Positions 1-13,375 of a DNA stretch of 55,046 bases are shown here, piece after piece. The translations under genes were made by a program, and so were the position numbers. The stretch's first letter is position 1, and every line of letters starts with the position of its first letter. The notes beneath the pieces are model-generated. The model made no database searches, had not been told where the DNA came from, and saw only the letters and a list, made by a program, of their open reading frames with translations. This DNA is from Thelocarpon superellum (lineage: Eukaryota), in NCBI GenBank assembly GCA_026025795.1, contig JAPEUG010000075.1:1-55046 (forward strand), in the 5' to 3' direction.

Positions 1-1033
1 AGGTCGCCGTAGTGCCATCCCCGCTACACGGACCCATGGAAACTTTCGGTTCGGGACGTCGGATACGGGAGCACTCGATGGATGGGGGCCGACTTTCTCC
101 CTCTCTTCTCCGGTAGCAGTCTGGGAGAGGTAGGGATGTAGCTGACGCACTTATCCGTCAACAAACCCGGTCACGTCGCAACGGATGGCTGTCATGCATG
201 CTCAGAGGCCGAAGCGATATCGGATCGTCACGCACGATACACCAACGTCGGCATCACCAGCGCCGCTCCAGCCTCTGGAGATGCTCGGCCTTCGCATTGG
301 AGCAGAGCCGGCTCAGCCTGATTGGCACCTGCGCGGCGACAAGCGAGCCCACTAATGTACTGCAGGAAGATGACCTCGCGACGGGCAGCGGTGATGGCAT
401 TATTGTCACCGGCTGTGGCACCGTGTTGCCAGCCACGATATGCGTGGCACGATAGCTCAACGCGGCCACGCCACGCTGGCGGAACAAACTGAAAGGCCAT
501 CGTAGGCGGAGAGGAAACGTCGGCCGAGAAAGTCTCCCGCCGTGACCGTGACCAAAATGATGCCTGCAGAACAGGGGCGTGGCACCCGCACACCGCAGGT
601 CCCAGGAACGGCGTCGGGAACCCAGGGTTGGACTTGAAAGACGGAAGGCCTGGCTCATGCCCGTGGAGCGTCTGCGGAGAGCCTCCCCCCTCGTCGGCCA
701 TCAGCAGCGTGGCTCGATCCTACGTGCAGCGTCATAGCCGACAACTCCATAGGAGAATGCTACGGCAGTGTGATGTCGAGGCTCGCGAGACCCGGTACTG
801 ATTTGGACGCGCCCTCGTTGCGCTCTGACGCCGAAACCAATCGCGTGGCAGCAGCGGAAGATCGACAAGCCACCTCGCCAAAGGAGCCGCAACCATGGCG
901 TTAACTTTACTGGTAGCTCCACCCGAACGAGCTCGTTCGAAATCGCGGTGCTGCGACCAATCCGCACTGCTCCGAATACGAGCAAAGCAAAGAATGTGAC
1001 GACGCCCACGTCAATTGGATCCTGTGCCGACCC

Positions 1034-1068
1034 AGCCCCCCCTCCCCCTCCCCCCTCCCTCCCTCCCC
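1034..1068 (-). repeat. C-rich/G-rich tract (potential G-quadruplex on the minus strand)
   Basis: Plus strand reads ccccccc-t-ccccc-t-cccccc-t-ccc-t-ccc-t-cccc, i.e. several G-runs with 1-nt loops on the minus strand. Confidence 0.5.
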
Positions 1069-2461
1069 TTGTTGGAATGATCAGAAGCGCGTCTAGAGAT
1101 GTAATGCGAGCTCGAACATGCCTTTATCCACGCTTGCACGGCGGGACGATCATGGCCCCCGTCGTTCGCCATGGGAGGCGTGGGTTGACAAGAGGGTGAA
1201 CGAATCCTACAGAGTAATAAAGAGTCATGGAGATGCTCGCCGTTCGACCCACGGTGAAGTGATCTCAAAATAGGCGGGCAGAGAGCTGCGTTTGCGCGCC
1301 GCCATGGTGGAGCGGTGCATCAACCAGCAGCGAGCTGGCATGCAAGACATGAGGGCTACGTAGAAAGCTCCCGGGTGACAAGGTTCAGCGCTCCCGTCGA
1401 AGAGGTCATCCCGTGAGAGCGGTGACTGGTCAAGGAACCGGGGGTGGCGAGAAATGGGGCGCCGTGGACCAATCAAGCCCTGGCGTCCACCAAGGCCCCG
1501 CTCGTTAAACGTGCAAGGCTGCAGGCCAGTGGGGAGCATACCAGACGGTAAACTGCCAGTTGGTGGAAACGGTCAGCTCACCATCTTCAAGGCGAACCAG
1601 GACGGAACGCACTCGCGCTGCCACTGGCATCGACACTGGCAGGATCCTCCGACAGGCAAAGATAGGGGCACCCCGAATGGGCGTCGCTCGATCGCCACGG
1701 CGCAAGCCCGGCGGTCGAGCTGTCCGCCGCCCAAAGCTCGTCGTGGTTGCCTGCGCAAACACGATATCCTGGCTGCGTTGCACCGCACGCCACGGTGCAG
1801 CGCGGGCCTCGGCGTGGGCGTCGGCAGATTGATGCAGCCGCTTGCGTCGAGCTTTCTTGCTATGCTCCGGAATGACCCGCTGGCCGTCACGGTCGACTCG
1901 CTGATCTGATGGCGATGGAGGTGAACCGAATTTAGACCCTACAGGGATGGGCGAGGATCAGGTGGGATATCGTTTCTAGGCGCCTGCGGCAGTGCCCTGA
2001 GGAGTCCCTCTTCCGACGGGCGTCCTCGCGGTCCTCGCGCAGTGGAGTGGGGATAGCGACGATCTCCGAACATGTCCCTGGCGTGGTCGACGGTCATGAT
2101 CCGGCACAGCAGCATCTAGTGTACTCGTAGTGGAGGCACGCTCACACTCGCCCTTGCCCTCACCCTCGCCCTGCCACGGCAACGGTGCCCTCGTAGACTC
2201 TGGCCCTCACACTGGTTACATAGTGGATGTCTGATGGGCCCAGTATATATGTTGTGCTGCCCACCCCGCCTCCCCTCGCCCTCTTCGCATGCCCATCCAG
2301 TGCTCGCTTCACGCACGCTTCCTTCGCTCGCCTGCGCTCTCTCATCCTCGCTGTCGCCTTCTCCCTCTCCCTCACCCCGCCCTGGCCCAGTCCCTCGCTT
2401 TTACCCTCCACCCATTCCACCGCAAAGGCCCTCCGACCTTGCCAGGACCCTCGCCTGCCCC

Positions 2462-2500
2462 CCTACCGGCCTCTCCGCCTACCGGCCTCTCCGCCTACGG
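2462..2500. repeat. 16-nt direct tandem repeat (CCTACCGGCCTCTCCG x2 plus partial) upstream of the Zn2Cys6 gene
   Basis: Read directly; lies downstream of a TATATA-like box at about 2244-2250. Confidence 0.8.
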
Positions 2501-3354
2501 CGTCGATCAGGTCTGATCGGTGGATCACGCCCAACGCCCAGGACCAGTGTGAGGGACGCCGCCTTCCTGGATGACAAAAGGCCCGTTTGGCGGAGACGAG
2601 AGAGTAGATCGTTTCATCCCGGCGCGTCACCGGCCATTCGCAGCCGCGGACTCTCTACCGAGCCTTCGCCTCGGCCCATCCCGGTCGCCTGTAGTCACCG
2701 CCTGGGCAGCTACCAGCTAGGAACTTCGCCCCACCCACCGCGCATGCCACTGCGCATGCCTTCGCCCATCCGCTCACGCTCTTGATGAATCGTCGCCTAG
2801 CGGTAAACGAGCCTGGCCGGTCCCCTCTGGACCACCAATACCATCACAACTTGGCCGGGGCGTTTGCACCCTCACCTGCGCGCCAAAGGTGCACCTCCCC
2901 AACCTGGGACTGGATGACCCGCCCACACTCCCCCCCGTTGCCTTTTTCTCGACCGGGGCTGTACCACCCGCCCGCTCCGCCGTCGCCGCCTCCGCCTCTT
3001 CCCTCCTACCCCTCCAAGGCCACCGCCACCTTCCTCGCATCACCGCCCACTCTCGCTCTCCACACCGCGCGAGTGCGCTCCGACTCGGCGGCGCGCCGCG
3101 TTCCCAACGACGTTGGCGACCCCTCCGACCCTGACGAGACCGACGGCGGCCGCGACCTCTCCTCCTCACCGTCGCTATCGCTGTCGTCGTCGTCGCCGCT
3201 CCGCCGCTGGCCTGGTTCCTCGAATGGCGTGAACGGATTTCACAGCCTCTCGCCCACTGACATTGCAGCCGGCCTTTTCGTGACTCGTCTCTCGCACAAC
3301 ACCTCCGCCAATTCCTCGTGGCAATCTGGTTCCAGCCCCACCTTTACGGTCACT

Positions 3355-5136
3355 ATGAGCCTTCGGTCTCCCAGTGTGGAGGACGACTACGACACCAAGA
3401 TTGAGGAGATGGACGAGGACGACGATAACGATAGCGAGACGGTCAAGATCCCCTCGGAATCGCCAGGGCCCAGCCTGGCCGGCGATACATCCGTCGCCGT
3501 CTCCGCCTCCGCCTCCGCTTCTGCGTCTGCTCCGTCGGCCGCCTCTGAAGCGTCCGCGTCCGCCCCGCCCGGTCCACCTGCCAAACGGCCCCGCGGCCGT
3601 CCTCGCAAACATCCGCTCCCGTCGCCCGAGGCGCAGGCACGCATGGCCCGGGGTCGCTCCAAGACGGGATGTGTGACGTGTCGACGGCGCAAGAAGAAAT
3701 GTGACGAAACGAAACCACACTGTCGGTGGCGCTGATCTCCCTCGCTCCCATCCTCCCGGCTGATCATGCGGCGGGTGATAGGTTTGAATTGTCAGAAGAA
3801 CGCCGTCGTCTGCGAGGGCTACCCGGACCGTGTCGTATGGAAGAGTGGGCGACAAAAGGCCGAAGAAGGTACGCATCTCCTGCGCTCGGGCATGGCAACG
3901 GGGGCGCTGACCGCGTGATGGATAGCACGACTGGCACGTGCCGGCACACAGCCGCGACAGCTCCCCTCCCTCATCGATGGCATCGAGAATGAGACGGACC
4001 AATTCTTTCTGGAGCACTTTGCGCAGCATCTGAGCCGAGTCCTGACGCTGTACAACGATGATAAAAACCCCTTTCGCGAGATCCTCTTACCAACCGCAGT
4101 GCGACACAAAGGCCTGATGCATTCGCTCCTCTGCCTGGCCGGGTCGCATCTGGTGTCGGCGCAGTCTTCCAATCCTGGGCGATATCCCGAGATTCCCAAC
4201 GCCGACGAGCGACGGCACTACCACTTCCGTGAGGCCTGCCGCACGCTACGCGAGGACAAGAGGATTGAAGAGTCGGCGCGGAACTACACGCCGGAGATGG
4301 TCGACGATCCCACCGTCGCGGCGACGTTGGTGCTGTGTCTGAACTCCATCGTCGGCGGCGAAACGGAGGGCCAATACCGGCCACACCTGGACGCGGCCAA
4401 GGTCTTGGTCATGAGCAAGCGGTCATCCACCAGCCAATTCAGCGAGTTCCTCATCGAGTTCTTCTCCTTCCACGACACGCTCAACACCATCACCACCATC
4501 GACCGTCGGCCACTGCATCTGATGGACGACCTCCATCTGCCGCCTTTCATGCAGCCGGAGGCGGGGGCCCTACTCGGCGTGTTCGATGGCCTTTTCGGGT
4601 ACATCTCGAGCATCAGCAAGCTGCGGCACGATATCCGGGTCCGGACCAATGGCGGGCGCAACTTCTCCCTTGACTACCAGTCCATCCATACGGCCATCGA
4701 ACTTGACAAGGGCATCCGCAGCTGGGTCTCGGCCCAGAAGGAAGACAGCCCGCGGTACATCGCGGCACAGCTCTATCGGCAGTGCACCTGGATCTACCTG
4801 TTCCGCTCGGTGCATCCCTCACGCCCGAGCGACAAGCTTGCCGAGGCCGTGGATGAGGGCCTGGTCTTCCTCCGCCAGCTGCCTCCGGACGCGGCGACGC
4901 AGAGCATCCTGCTGCTGCCGCTCTTCCTCTTGGGCTGTGCCGCCTTCCGTCCCAATCAGCGGCCCGAGATTCGTCGTGCCTTTGGCACCTTGAAGCGCTA
5001 CTCCAGCCTCGGCAATATCGAGGTCTCGCGCCGCGTGATGGAGCAAGTGTGGGCGGAAATGGACAGCAGCCAACACCGGTGCTGGGACTGGGAGGGGATG
5101 CTGCAGCGCATGGGCTACGACTTCATCGCCACCTGA
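3355..5136 (+). CDS. Zn(II)2Cys6 transcription factor with AT-hook and C-terminal fungal-specific TF domain (Fungal_trans_2 type; resembles Acr-2-annotated proteins), about 554 aa
   Basis: Exons 3355-3721, 3782-3868, 3926-5136; introns GT..CTGAY..AG. Spliced product gives KRPRGRPRKH (AT-hook) and GCVTCRRRKKKCDETKPHCLNCQKNAVVCEGY. Start uncertain because the frame stays open upstream to ATG 2785. Confidence 0.9.
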
Positions 5137-5857
5137 CCCACCGACGCAGGCCCCGTCATCCCACGGAGCGAGAGCAAGGAACGCGGGCATGGCCGCAAGA
5201 GCAATTTACGCATGAATCGGCGCGACGTGTGGGCGGGGCGGAACTACGCCTGGAACGAACGGCCAAGCAGCGCGGCGTCTTCCATGGGAGCATCTGGCGG
5301 AGTTGCAGCTCTATCTACCTTTGATACCCGTTGGATGGGACCGCCGAGGTGGAACGTAACAACCCGCGGACGCGGGTCTGCAATATATTCCAGTAGATTG
5401 CAAACACGCTTCACGCCATCAAGGGGCTGCCTGCTATGAAAGACACATTCCTGCTGATTGACTATCACCATGGTCCAAAATCTTGGTCGGCACACTTGTC
5501 ATCGTAGGCAGATTGACCAGTCAATCAAACGCGGCCGGATTGGTCCTCTCATAACGCTTGGGCCCTTCCGAGACTGCGGGACGCTTGGATCATCGTCTGC
5601 CCGCGACGTGCGCCTGGGACCCTGCCGCCTGAAGTGTATGATCTGATGCGGGGTATTTTCTCGTCCACTGCTCTTGATGAATGGTTTCTCAGATGCCATC
5701 AACGGTCGCGCAAGTGGTCAAACGACAGCCAGCCTATCGCGGGGTCGCCAATGGCTCCTCGCGGGTCGCCCACTGTCGCTTCGTCCACCCTCCGCCCGCG
5801 GGCCGCTTCGCCCTAGCTACAGGTAGGTCGGTCGGAGGTTTGGCTGGTTTGATCGAC

Positions 5858-5910
5858 GGCCGCTTGGCCGCTTGGCCGCTTGGCCGCTTGGCCGCTTGGC
5901 CGCTTGGCCG
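5858..5910. repeat. Tandem repeat (GGCCGCTT)x6.6, about 410 bp upstream of the ABC transporter ATG
   Basis: Six perfect 8-mers plus GGCCG read directly. Confidence 0.95.
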
Positions 5911-6317
5911 GGGTGGAGCGCCCGGCGCGTGGGTCCCCTGCCGCACTAATCGTTATCGCGCCGTCGGCTTTCCTGACCGGACATTCAACGATCCGAACGA
6001 GTTCCGGCGAAGGTTGGGAGGCTACTCTTCAGCTATACGAAGTACGAAGACCGAATTTACGAATACGCCGCCATGCCACGGTGCTGCCAACCTGCAAGCA
6101 TATAATCCGACCAAGGGCTCCATGATGGCACGAGCACAGCGTACCACCATCCCCACCGATGCCGTCATCGCTGCGGCTCGCCCTTCGCCGGTGATTGGAT
6201 CACCGCCCGGTCGATTGCGACGACAACACGCGCCCACGACGACTTCGTCCGGACCAACGAGCCGATGAGCGAGAAGAAGCTGCACACCCGCGTCCCACCT
6301 CGGCCGTGGTCGCCGTC

Positions 6318-9300
6318 ATGGAAAGTCCGGCGGAGAAGAGGCACGATGTGGATCGTGCCGCGCCCTCGGCGACCCTCACGTCGACGGTCCGGTCTCCGGC
6401 CGACGACCATGAGGGGAACGGGCTGTCGTTCCGCGCGGTGGCCCCCGTCCACGTCCGCGTCCAAGGCATGGCGGTGTCGGTCGATATCTCCGATCGGAGC
6501 CCGAGTCGCATCGTGGCGTCGATGTTTAGGCAGCGGCAGAAATCGAAGGCGACCAAAGACATCCTCTACGATGTCTCGGCGAGCATGCCTGCGTCGACGT
6601 TGACCGCCATCGTCGGCGGATCCGGGAGCGGCAAGGTGAGTTGGCCGTGCGTCATACAGCGTGAAGGTTCCGTGGGTCAGAGACTGAACGAGCGCGCAGA
6701 CGTCGATGCTCAATGCCATGGCCAATCGGATTCACGGGAGTCGGTTGAAGATCTCCGGCGAATGCATGTACAACGGTCGGAATGACCTCTCCCGAGTCCG
6801 CTCGGCCTACGTCATGCAGCAAGATGTGCTGATCCCCACCCTCACGGTGCGAGAGACGCTGCGATATGCCGCCGACCTGCGATTGCCCCCGCCGACTACG
6901 GCAGCCGAACGACACCGGGCGGTGGAAGAGGTCATCTTGGAGCTGGGCCTGAAGGAATGCGCAAACACACGGATGGGCAATCACGCGCACAAGGGCTGCA
7001 GCGGTGGTGAGAAGCGGCGGACCAGCATTGGCGTGCAGCTCCTGGCCAATCCTTCCGTCCTCTTTCTCGACGAACCGACAACGGGCCTGGACGCCACCAG
7101 TGCCTTTCAACTCGTCCGGACCATGAAAAGCCTGGCCAACAAGGGCCGCACGGTCATCACCACGAGTAAGAAGATCATGTCGGATTTGTCGATTCATACT
7201 GATGATGGCAGTCCACCAGCCACGGTCCGAGATTTGGGGGTTGTTCGATCGTCTCGTCATCTTGACCCAAGGCTCCCCCGTCTATAGCGGGCCACGTCAG
7301 GAATGTCTACCCTATTTCGAGGAGCAGGGCTACCCGCTGCCGATGCACGTCAATCCCGCCGAGCACGTGATTGATGTGGCCGCGGTAGACAATCGGTCCC
7401 CCGAGCTGGAAGAAGCCTCGCTAGCCCGAGTGACACAGCTGAAGACGGCGTGGTCCCAGCATGGGGCAAGAAAGTCCATGTTCGAGGAGGTGGCCGATGA
7501 CTCCGAGGCGGACGAGGGTCCGATGGAGCGCGCCCAGTGGGCGTTCGGCCGCGAAATCTCCGTCCTGACGGCACGATCGTTCAAGGTCGCGTGCCGAGAC
7601 CCCTTGGGGGTGCTCGGGAGCTTGATCGAGGCCATCAGCATGGCTGTCATCACGGGCTGGATCTTCTTTGCCCTCGACGGGAGTCTCTCGGGAATCCGAT
7701 CCCGCGAAGGTGCTCTCTTTACGGCGGCGGCATTACAAGGATATCTGATCCTCCTCTACGAGACCTACCGACTCACCATCGACATCGAAGTCTTTGACCG
7801 AGAGCGTGGAGAAGGGGTATCGAGTGCGCTGGGGTTCTTGATCAGTCGGCGCATTGCCCGCCTTCCGATCGAGGACCTGCCCGTGCCTCTGCTCTACTCC
7901 GCCATCTTCTACTTCATGATCGGCTTCCGACCCGTGGCCAGCGTCTTCTTCACCTTCTTCGCCATTGTCTTTCTCAGTCATTACATCGCAGTGTCGATGG
8001 CGACCATCTGCGTCGCGCTCAGTCGGAATTTTGCGGGTGCGTCGCTGGCGGCGAACATCATCTACACCGTGCAATCGTTTGCGGGCGGGTTCTACGTCCA
8101 GACCTCGACCATCCCCGTCTATATGCGGTGGTTGAAATACATCTGCTACGTGGTGAGTACGCCGATCCTTCACCCGAAACCCGCCTGACGGGCCCATCAG
8201 TACTACGCGTTTGGTGCATTCGCCGCCAACGAATTCACAGATCAGTTTTATGACTGTCCCGACCCCGGTGGCGAGGCGAATCCTGCGTGTAAGGAGTATG
8301 CGGGCGACTTCATCTTGGATTCGCTAGGATTCGACGAATACTGGATCATGATTCCCGTGTGCGCGCTCTTGTGTTTCGCGGTAGGATCGTATGTGTTGGC
8401 AGGCCTCTTGCTGCAGTTGTTAAAAGTGGAGCTGAGCATCTCGCGTGCGCGCCCGAGCGAGACGGACCGGGCCGTCGGCAAGGAACAGATGACGGCGCAA
8501 TCTCGCCATGAAGAACTTCGGAAAGTCGACCTCACACTCGACCGATACGCGCTGAACATCGACAAGCGCAACTTCCTGCGGCGAAAGATGGAAGACCTCT
8601 CGATCTTGCAGCCGCTGACGGCGAGATTCCGATCGGGAGAGCTCAACGTGATCATGGGACCATCGGGATCTGGAAAGACGTCTCTCCTCAATTCGATGGC
8701 GGACAGGTTGCAGAGCAACGTGGCCACCAGATATCGACCTTCGGGGAAGTTGCTCTTCAATGGAGCGATCCCATCGGCGGCGGTGTTCCGATCCTTGTGC
8801 AGCTTCGTCGAACAGACCGACGACGCACTGCTTCCATCGCTGACGGTGCGAGAGACACTACGATTCGCGGCCGGCCTGCGGCTGCCGCAATGGATGTCTC
8901 GCGAGGAAAAGGAGAAACGGGCGGGCCAGGTCTTGTTGAAGCTGGGACTCAAAGACTGTGCCGACAATCTGATTGGGAACGACCTGATCAAGGGGATCAG
9001 CGGCGGCGAGAAGCGACGAGTGACGATTGCCGTACAGATCTTGACCGATCCACGCGTGCTGCTTTTGGACGAACCGACGTCGGGATTGGACGCCTTCACG
9101 GCCTCATCCATCATCGACGTGCTACAGGGCCTCGCGGATGAAGGACGGACGATCATCATGACCATCCATCAGTCGCGCTCCGACCTGTTCAAACGGTTCG
9201 GCAACGTGCTCTTGTTAGCGCGAGGAGGATCCCCCGTATACTCGGGGAGCGCCCCCGGGATGCTCCCGTACTTCCAAGGACTCGGATTCGAATGTCCACG

Positions 9301-10525
9301 CACGATGAATCCAGCTGATTTCGCCATGGACCTGATCACGGTGGATCTGCAACAGGAGCAGCGCGAAGCGGCGAGTCGGTCCAAGGTGCGAAGTTTGATC
9401 CAGAGCTGGAACACGGAGCAATTCACGCAGGCGATGGAGATGACGCTGTCGACGCCGGCCGAACTGGGCGGGATGAAGAGGAAAATGGCGCCCTTTCACG
9501 TCGCCTTCCCGCTCCTCCTGCACCGCGGCCTGATCAACTTCCGACGCCAGCCGCCCCTCGTGCTCGGTCGAGTGATGCAAGTCGTCTCGCTTGGCATCAT
9601 CATCGCCCTCTTCTTCGCGCCGCTCCAGAACAACTACGAGAGCGTGCAGTCGCGCGTCGGCCTGATCCAAGAAGTAACCTCGCTCTACTTCGTCGGCATG
9701 CTCCAGAACGTCGCCATCTACCCGACGGAGAAAGCCGTCTTCTACCGCGAATACGCCGACGGCGCATACTCCGTCGAAGCCTTCTTTCTCCAGTACATGA
9801 CGCTCGAGATCCCATGCGAGGTCGCGTCGAGCCTCGTCTTCGCCGTCCTCGTCGACCTGGCCGTCGGCATCCCACGCACCGTACCGCTCTTCTTCATCAT
9901 GGCGTTGAACTGCTTCTGCATCGTCTCGTGCGGCGAATCCGTCGGCATCATCTTCAACACCCTGTTCCACCACACCGGCTTCGCCGTCAACCTCACCTCC
10001 GTCATCCTCTCGCTCGCGACCATCATGACGGGCGTGCTCAGCGTCAACGTCCCCGCCTTCCTCCAGGCCTTCAACCACCTCTCCCCCCTCAAATACTCCC
10101 TCGCCAACATGGCGCCCTATTCCCTCCGCGGCGTCGCCTTCACCTGCGACGACGACCAGCGCCTGCCCAACGGCCATTGTCCCATCGATACCGGCGTCCA
10201 GGTGCTCGACCTCTACGGCCTCAATACCAATCCTGGCCTGAACCTCGCCGCCCTCGGCATCGCCACCGTCGTGTATCGCCTCGTTTCCTATCTGCTCCTC
10301 AAAGGCGTCAAGACTCATTGGCATTGGCGTTGGCATTTGCATTCAGGAGGTGTGCGAGGACAGGACCCTGATCGTCGCAGTTGGAGCAAACCTTGCCTTC
10401 TCTGGCGGAACCGGTCCAGCCGTCGTGATAATCCCACACCTACTACTTCTGCATCTCCCCTGGCTCCTCCTGCTGCGGCTGCTACTGCCACTGCCACTGC
10501 TACATCTGCTGGCGAGATGGCATGA
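6318..10525 (+). CDS. Full-size ABCG transporter (NBD-TMD-NBD-TMD, YOL075C-like), about 1349 aa
   Basis: Exons 6318-6635, 6700-7165, 7212-8152, 8201-10525. Walker A GGSGSGKT and GPSGSGKT, signatures CSGGEKRR and ISGGEKRR, Walker B LFLDEPT and LLLDEPT, IHQ H-loops, two multi-TM regions. Confidence 0.95.
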
Positions 10526-10602
10526 TTATCTTTCTTCATTCTCGTTCTCATTTCCATTTCCATTTCCATTTCTGTCCGCAACTGTACCTGCATCTGCATC
10601 TG
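10316..10602. repeat. Cluster of degenerate hexamer repeats (CATTGG; GCYACT; TTTCCA; CTGCAT) in the ABC C-terminal tail and 3' UTR
   Basis: Read directly; coding part gives HWHWRWHLH and AAAATATATAT. Confidence 0.7.
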
Positions 10603-11026
10603 CACACGCAGACACCTGTGCGTCTATTGTGGCTCGTTCTTTTTAAAGGAGATTGAAGAGTCATGTCCCATAATATCATAGAATAGAATAGCATTGTATT
10701 CACTTCACTTATCTAGTGCTCATCGTTTCTTGTCAATCAATCGGGCAGTCATTACTCACTTTTGTTCAAACCTAAATCTCGGCCTTTTCTCCCGTTATAT
10801 ACCCATCTCCCCCTCACCGATCATATCCCTGACTCTTGTCTTGTATAGTCCCGTCGCGTTAGAGCGTGGCGCAACGTCAGATAGTAGCAGTATCTGCCTC
10901 CTTCTATCTCCAATGTCAATTTGAATGTCAGATTTGCAATCAGTCTTCCGCCTTTCAGTGTCCCGCCTTTCGTGCACTTTTCGGTCTTCCTTTCTGCAAC
11001 CGTCAATCTGTTCCAATCTCGTCACC

Positions 11027-11059
11027 TTCGTTTCGTTTCGTTTCGTTTCGTTTCGTTTC
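11027..11059. repeat. (TTTCG)n microsatellite between convergent genes
   Basis: Five perfect copies plus flanking partial copies. Confidence 0.95.
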
Positions 11060-11110
11060 ATCCGTTACTCATCCTCCAAGCCCATCTTCTCCTCGTTTCA
11101 TCCTGTCGTC

Positions 11111-13375
11111 TCAAAGATGCGCACGTCCCAGCTCCGTATGATAGACTGCCGCATTGAAGATATGGTCGGGCATCAGTTCGATGAGATCCTGCGTTCGGGG
11201 GCCGCGATACCGCCTGGCTTCCACGTTAGCCTCAATGAGAACGTCCAGCCGAGTACGTCGAGGGAATCACTCACTTTCGCGCTCCAATCCACCACCAGCT
11301 CAAGGAAAATAGCGCAATGAATCCCGCCACGCAAATGGCATAATTCCTGTCGGGTGGACCTGTCAGTGGGTCATTGGAGAGGAAAGGATTGGAGCTTACA
11401 TGTTGGCCGCCGTGACAGGCCGAATGGTGGGGAAGAAGAGCACGACGCTGATGAACGTGACCCAGCAGATGGCAATCACGTTGATCGTTCGTCCCCACCG
11501 CCCAATCGTATACGGACCGGGTCGGAACTCCACCCGGTTCTTGTAGACGAGGCGTGCGAGGATGACGGCAATATACGAGAGATCCAGGGCCGGGGCCGTG
11601 ATGTTGAAGATCGCCACCACCGTCTGGTTGCTCGCGATGCCAATACAATCGAGGACGATGCTGAACAGCACCACCAGCCACACCGCATTTACCGGCGTGT
11701 GGGTGTAGTTATTGACCTGGCTCCAGAGCCTGTGAAATGGGTCAGAAAGCCCTTCGTCATTGGGGCGATCCTACTCACCGAGAGAGTGGAAGCGCCTTAT
11801 CTCGAGAAAAGGCAAAAGCCATTCTGGTATCCGCCAACATGGCAGAACATCCGGTGAAGAATTGGACGAGAATGACAAAGACCCACATCACCGTCCCTCC
11901 AACACGACCTCCAGCATTCAGGAAGATCTGCGCCGCAGCTAGTCCGGTGGGAGAGGCCAAGATGCCATCGAGGTCCGTGAGGCAGAAGCATAAGGTGATG
12001 GTGAGCACCCATCCGACGATACCCGAGAGAAAGACGGCTAGGCGAATCGCAACAGGGCCTCGGATCGCCGCGTCGTGCGTCTCCTCCGACATACTGTTGG
12101 ACCGATCAGCCGCCACCTTCAATCTCGGGATCTGACGTACTGGGTAGTGCCATCATAGTCCGTCATCGTCCACGCCACGGCGAGGAAGCTGTGCCGTCAG
12201 CATTCCACCCTCCGAGACAATGAGAGCGTCAACCCACCCTAGCAGAAACGAGAACCCCTTGCTTCCCCATCCGGAGCCGTCGGTGAAGGTGGTAAAGACC
12301 CATGCGGCGCTTTGCTTGTTCGGAGTCAGAACGAGGAGGGCCGTACAGATGGCCACCGAGGCGAGCACTACGGGCAACAAGAGTCAGCTTCATCAGGTGG
12401 GAGGAAGGGAAAGACGCTCACGATTGATCGGAGCGAACCACACGATGATCTTGCTCAGGGTTCCGGAGGACAGGGAGCAGATGATGCCCATGAGAATCAA
12501 GGTGAAGATGGCCAGGGCGACCGTCTGGGCCGGAGTGCTGCGCACAATTAGCACGTCAGCGTGGTGACATCGGGGGAACGTACGGAGAGTAGGAGTAATG
12601 GTCTCCCAGCCAGGACGAGTTCATGCTGGCGCAGGCCAAGACCATCTGGGCCACGGTGTAGGCCACACTAGAGACGCCCGCCGTCTGGCCGAGAAAGTTG
12701 CACCAGCCGATGATCCACGCCCAGATGGGGACGTGCTCGGCAGGCACGACATGTTTGCTCACGAAATACATACCGCCAGCCGTGGGGTAGGCCGACGTCA
12801 GCTCCGCAACTGCGAGGTCGGTTAGCGTGGCACGGCGGCGGACGGCCACGGGGCCAGACTTGACATGGCGATGCACATGGCCATGAACGACCCAAAGAAC
12901 CAGCACCAGACGGCGGTCGCGGGCCCACCCGCGCTGATCGGATTGTTGAAAGTGGCCGGCACCGATCCCAGCACGCCAAAGATCGAGATGGCGTAGGAGA
13001 GGGTGGCCCATTTGCTGAAGGCGCGTTGGAGCTCCTGTGTCGTGCATCAATACGCCAACCATGATGGCAGACCCGGCGAGCACAGACCTGTCGATAGCCG
13101 ATGGTGGCGAGCAGACGCTCGTCATCGTCGTCAACGGCGGAGAGACCCAGTCGAAATCTCCGCTCGCGGGGCTGGCCCTCAGCCGCGACCCCCTTTTCAC
13201 AGAAGGAGCGGCGGGGCCGCATTCTCTGAGAACGCCCCCCTATCGCGGGTGGATGATCGGGCGGAAGACCGTCCGGGGGGCGGTCATAGGATCGTCTCTC
13301 TGTATTCATATCATTGGACTTCTCGTCCACTGTTGTTTCTGGCGGTCCAGCCCTTGCTTCTCCCGTCGTGGCCAT
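11111..13375 (-). CDS. APC-superfamily amino acid/GABA/amine permease (Uga4/Hnm1-like), 9 exons
   Basis: Spliced product contains LLATIGYRQELQRAFSKW, GGPATAVWCW, AELTSAYPTAGGMY, WTMTDYDGTTHMSEET, DTRMAFAFSRD and NYAICV..WWWIGARKRYRGPRT; eight GT-AG introns with branch sites; stop TGA at 11113-11111. Confidence 0.92.

Noticed and set aside
1..2240. Several 80-157 aa ORFs at the window start
   Set aside because: No motif or consistent exon chain could be built; treated as intergenic, though a divergent gene cannot be excluded.
5858..5910. Tandem repeats as a CRISPR-like array
   Set aside because: Eukaryotic context, contiguous short units, no spacers.
8248..10342. 305-aa and 375-aa minus-strand ORFs
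   Set aside because: Antisense shadows of the ABC transporter.
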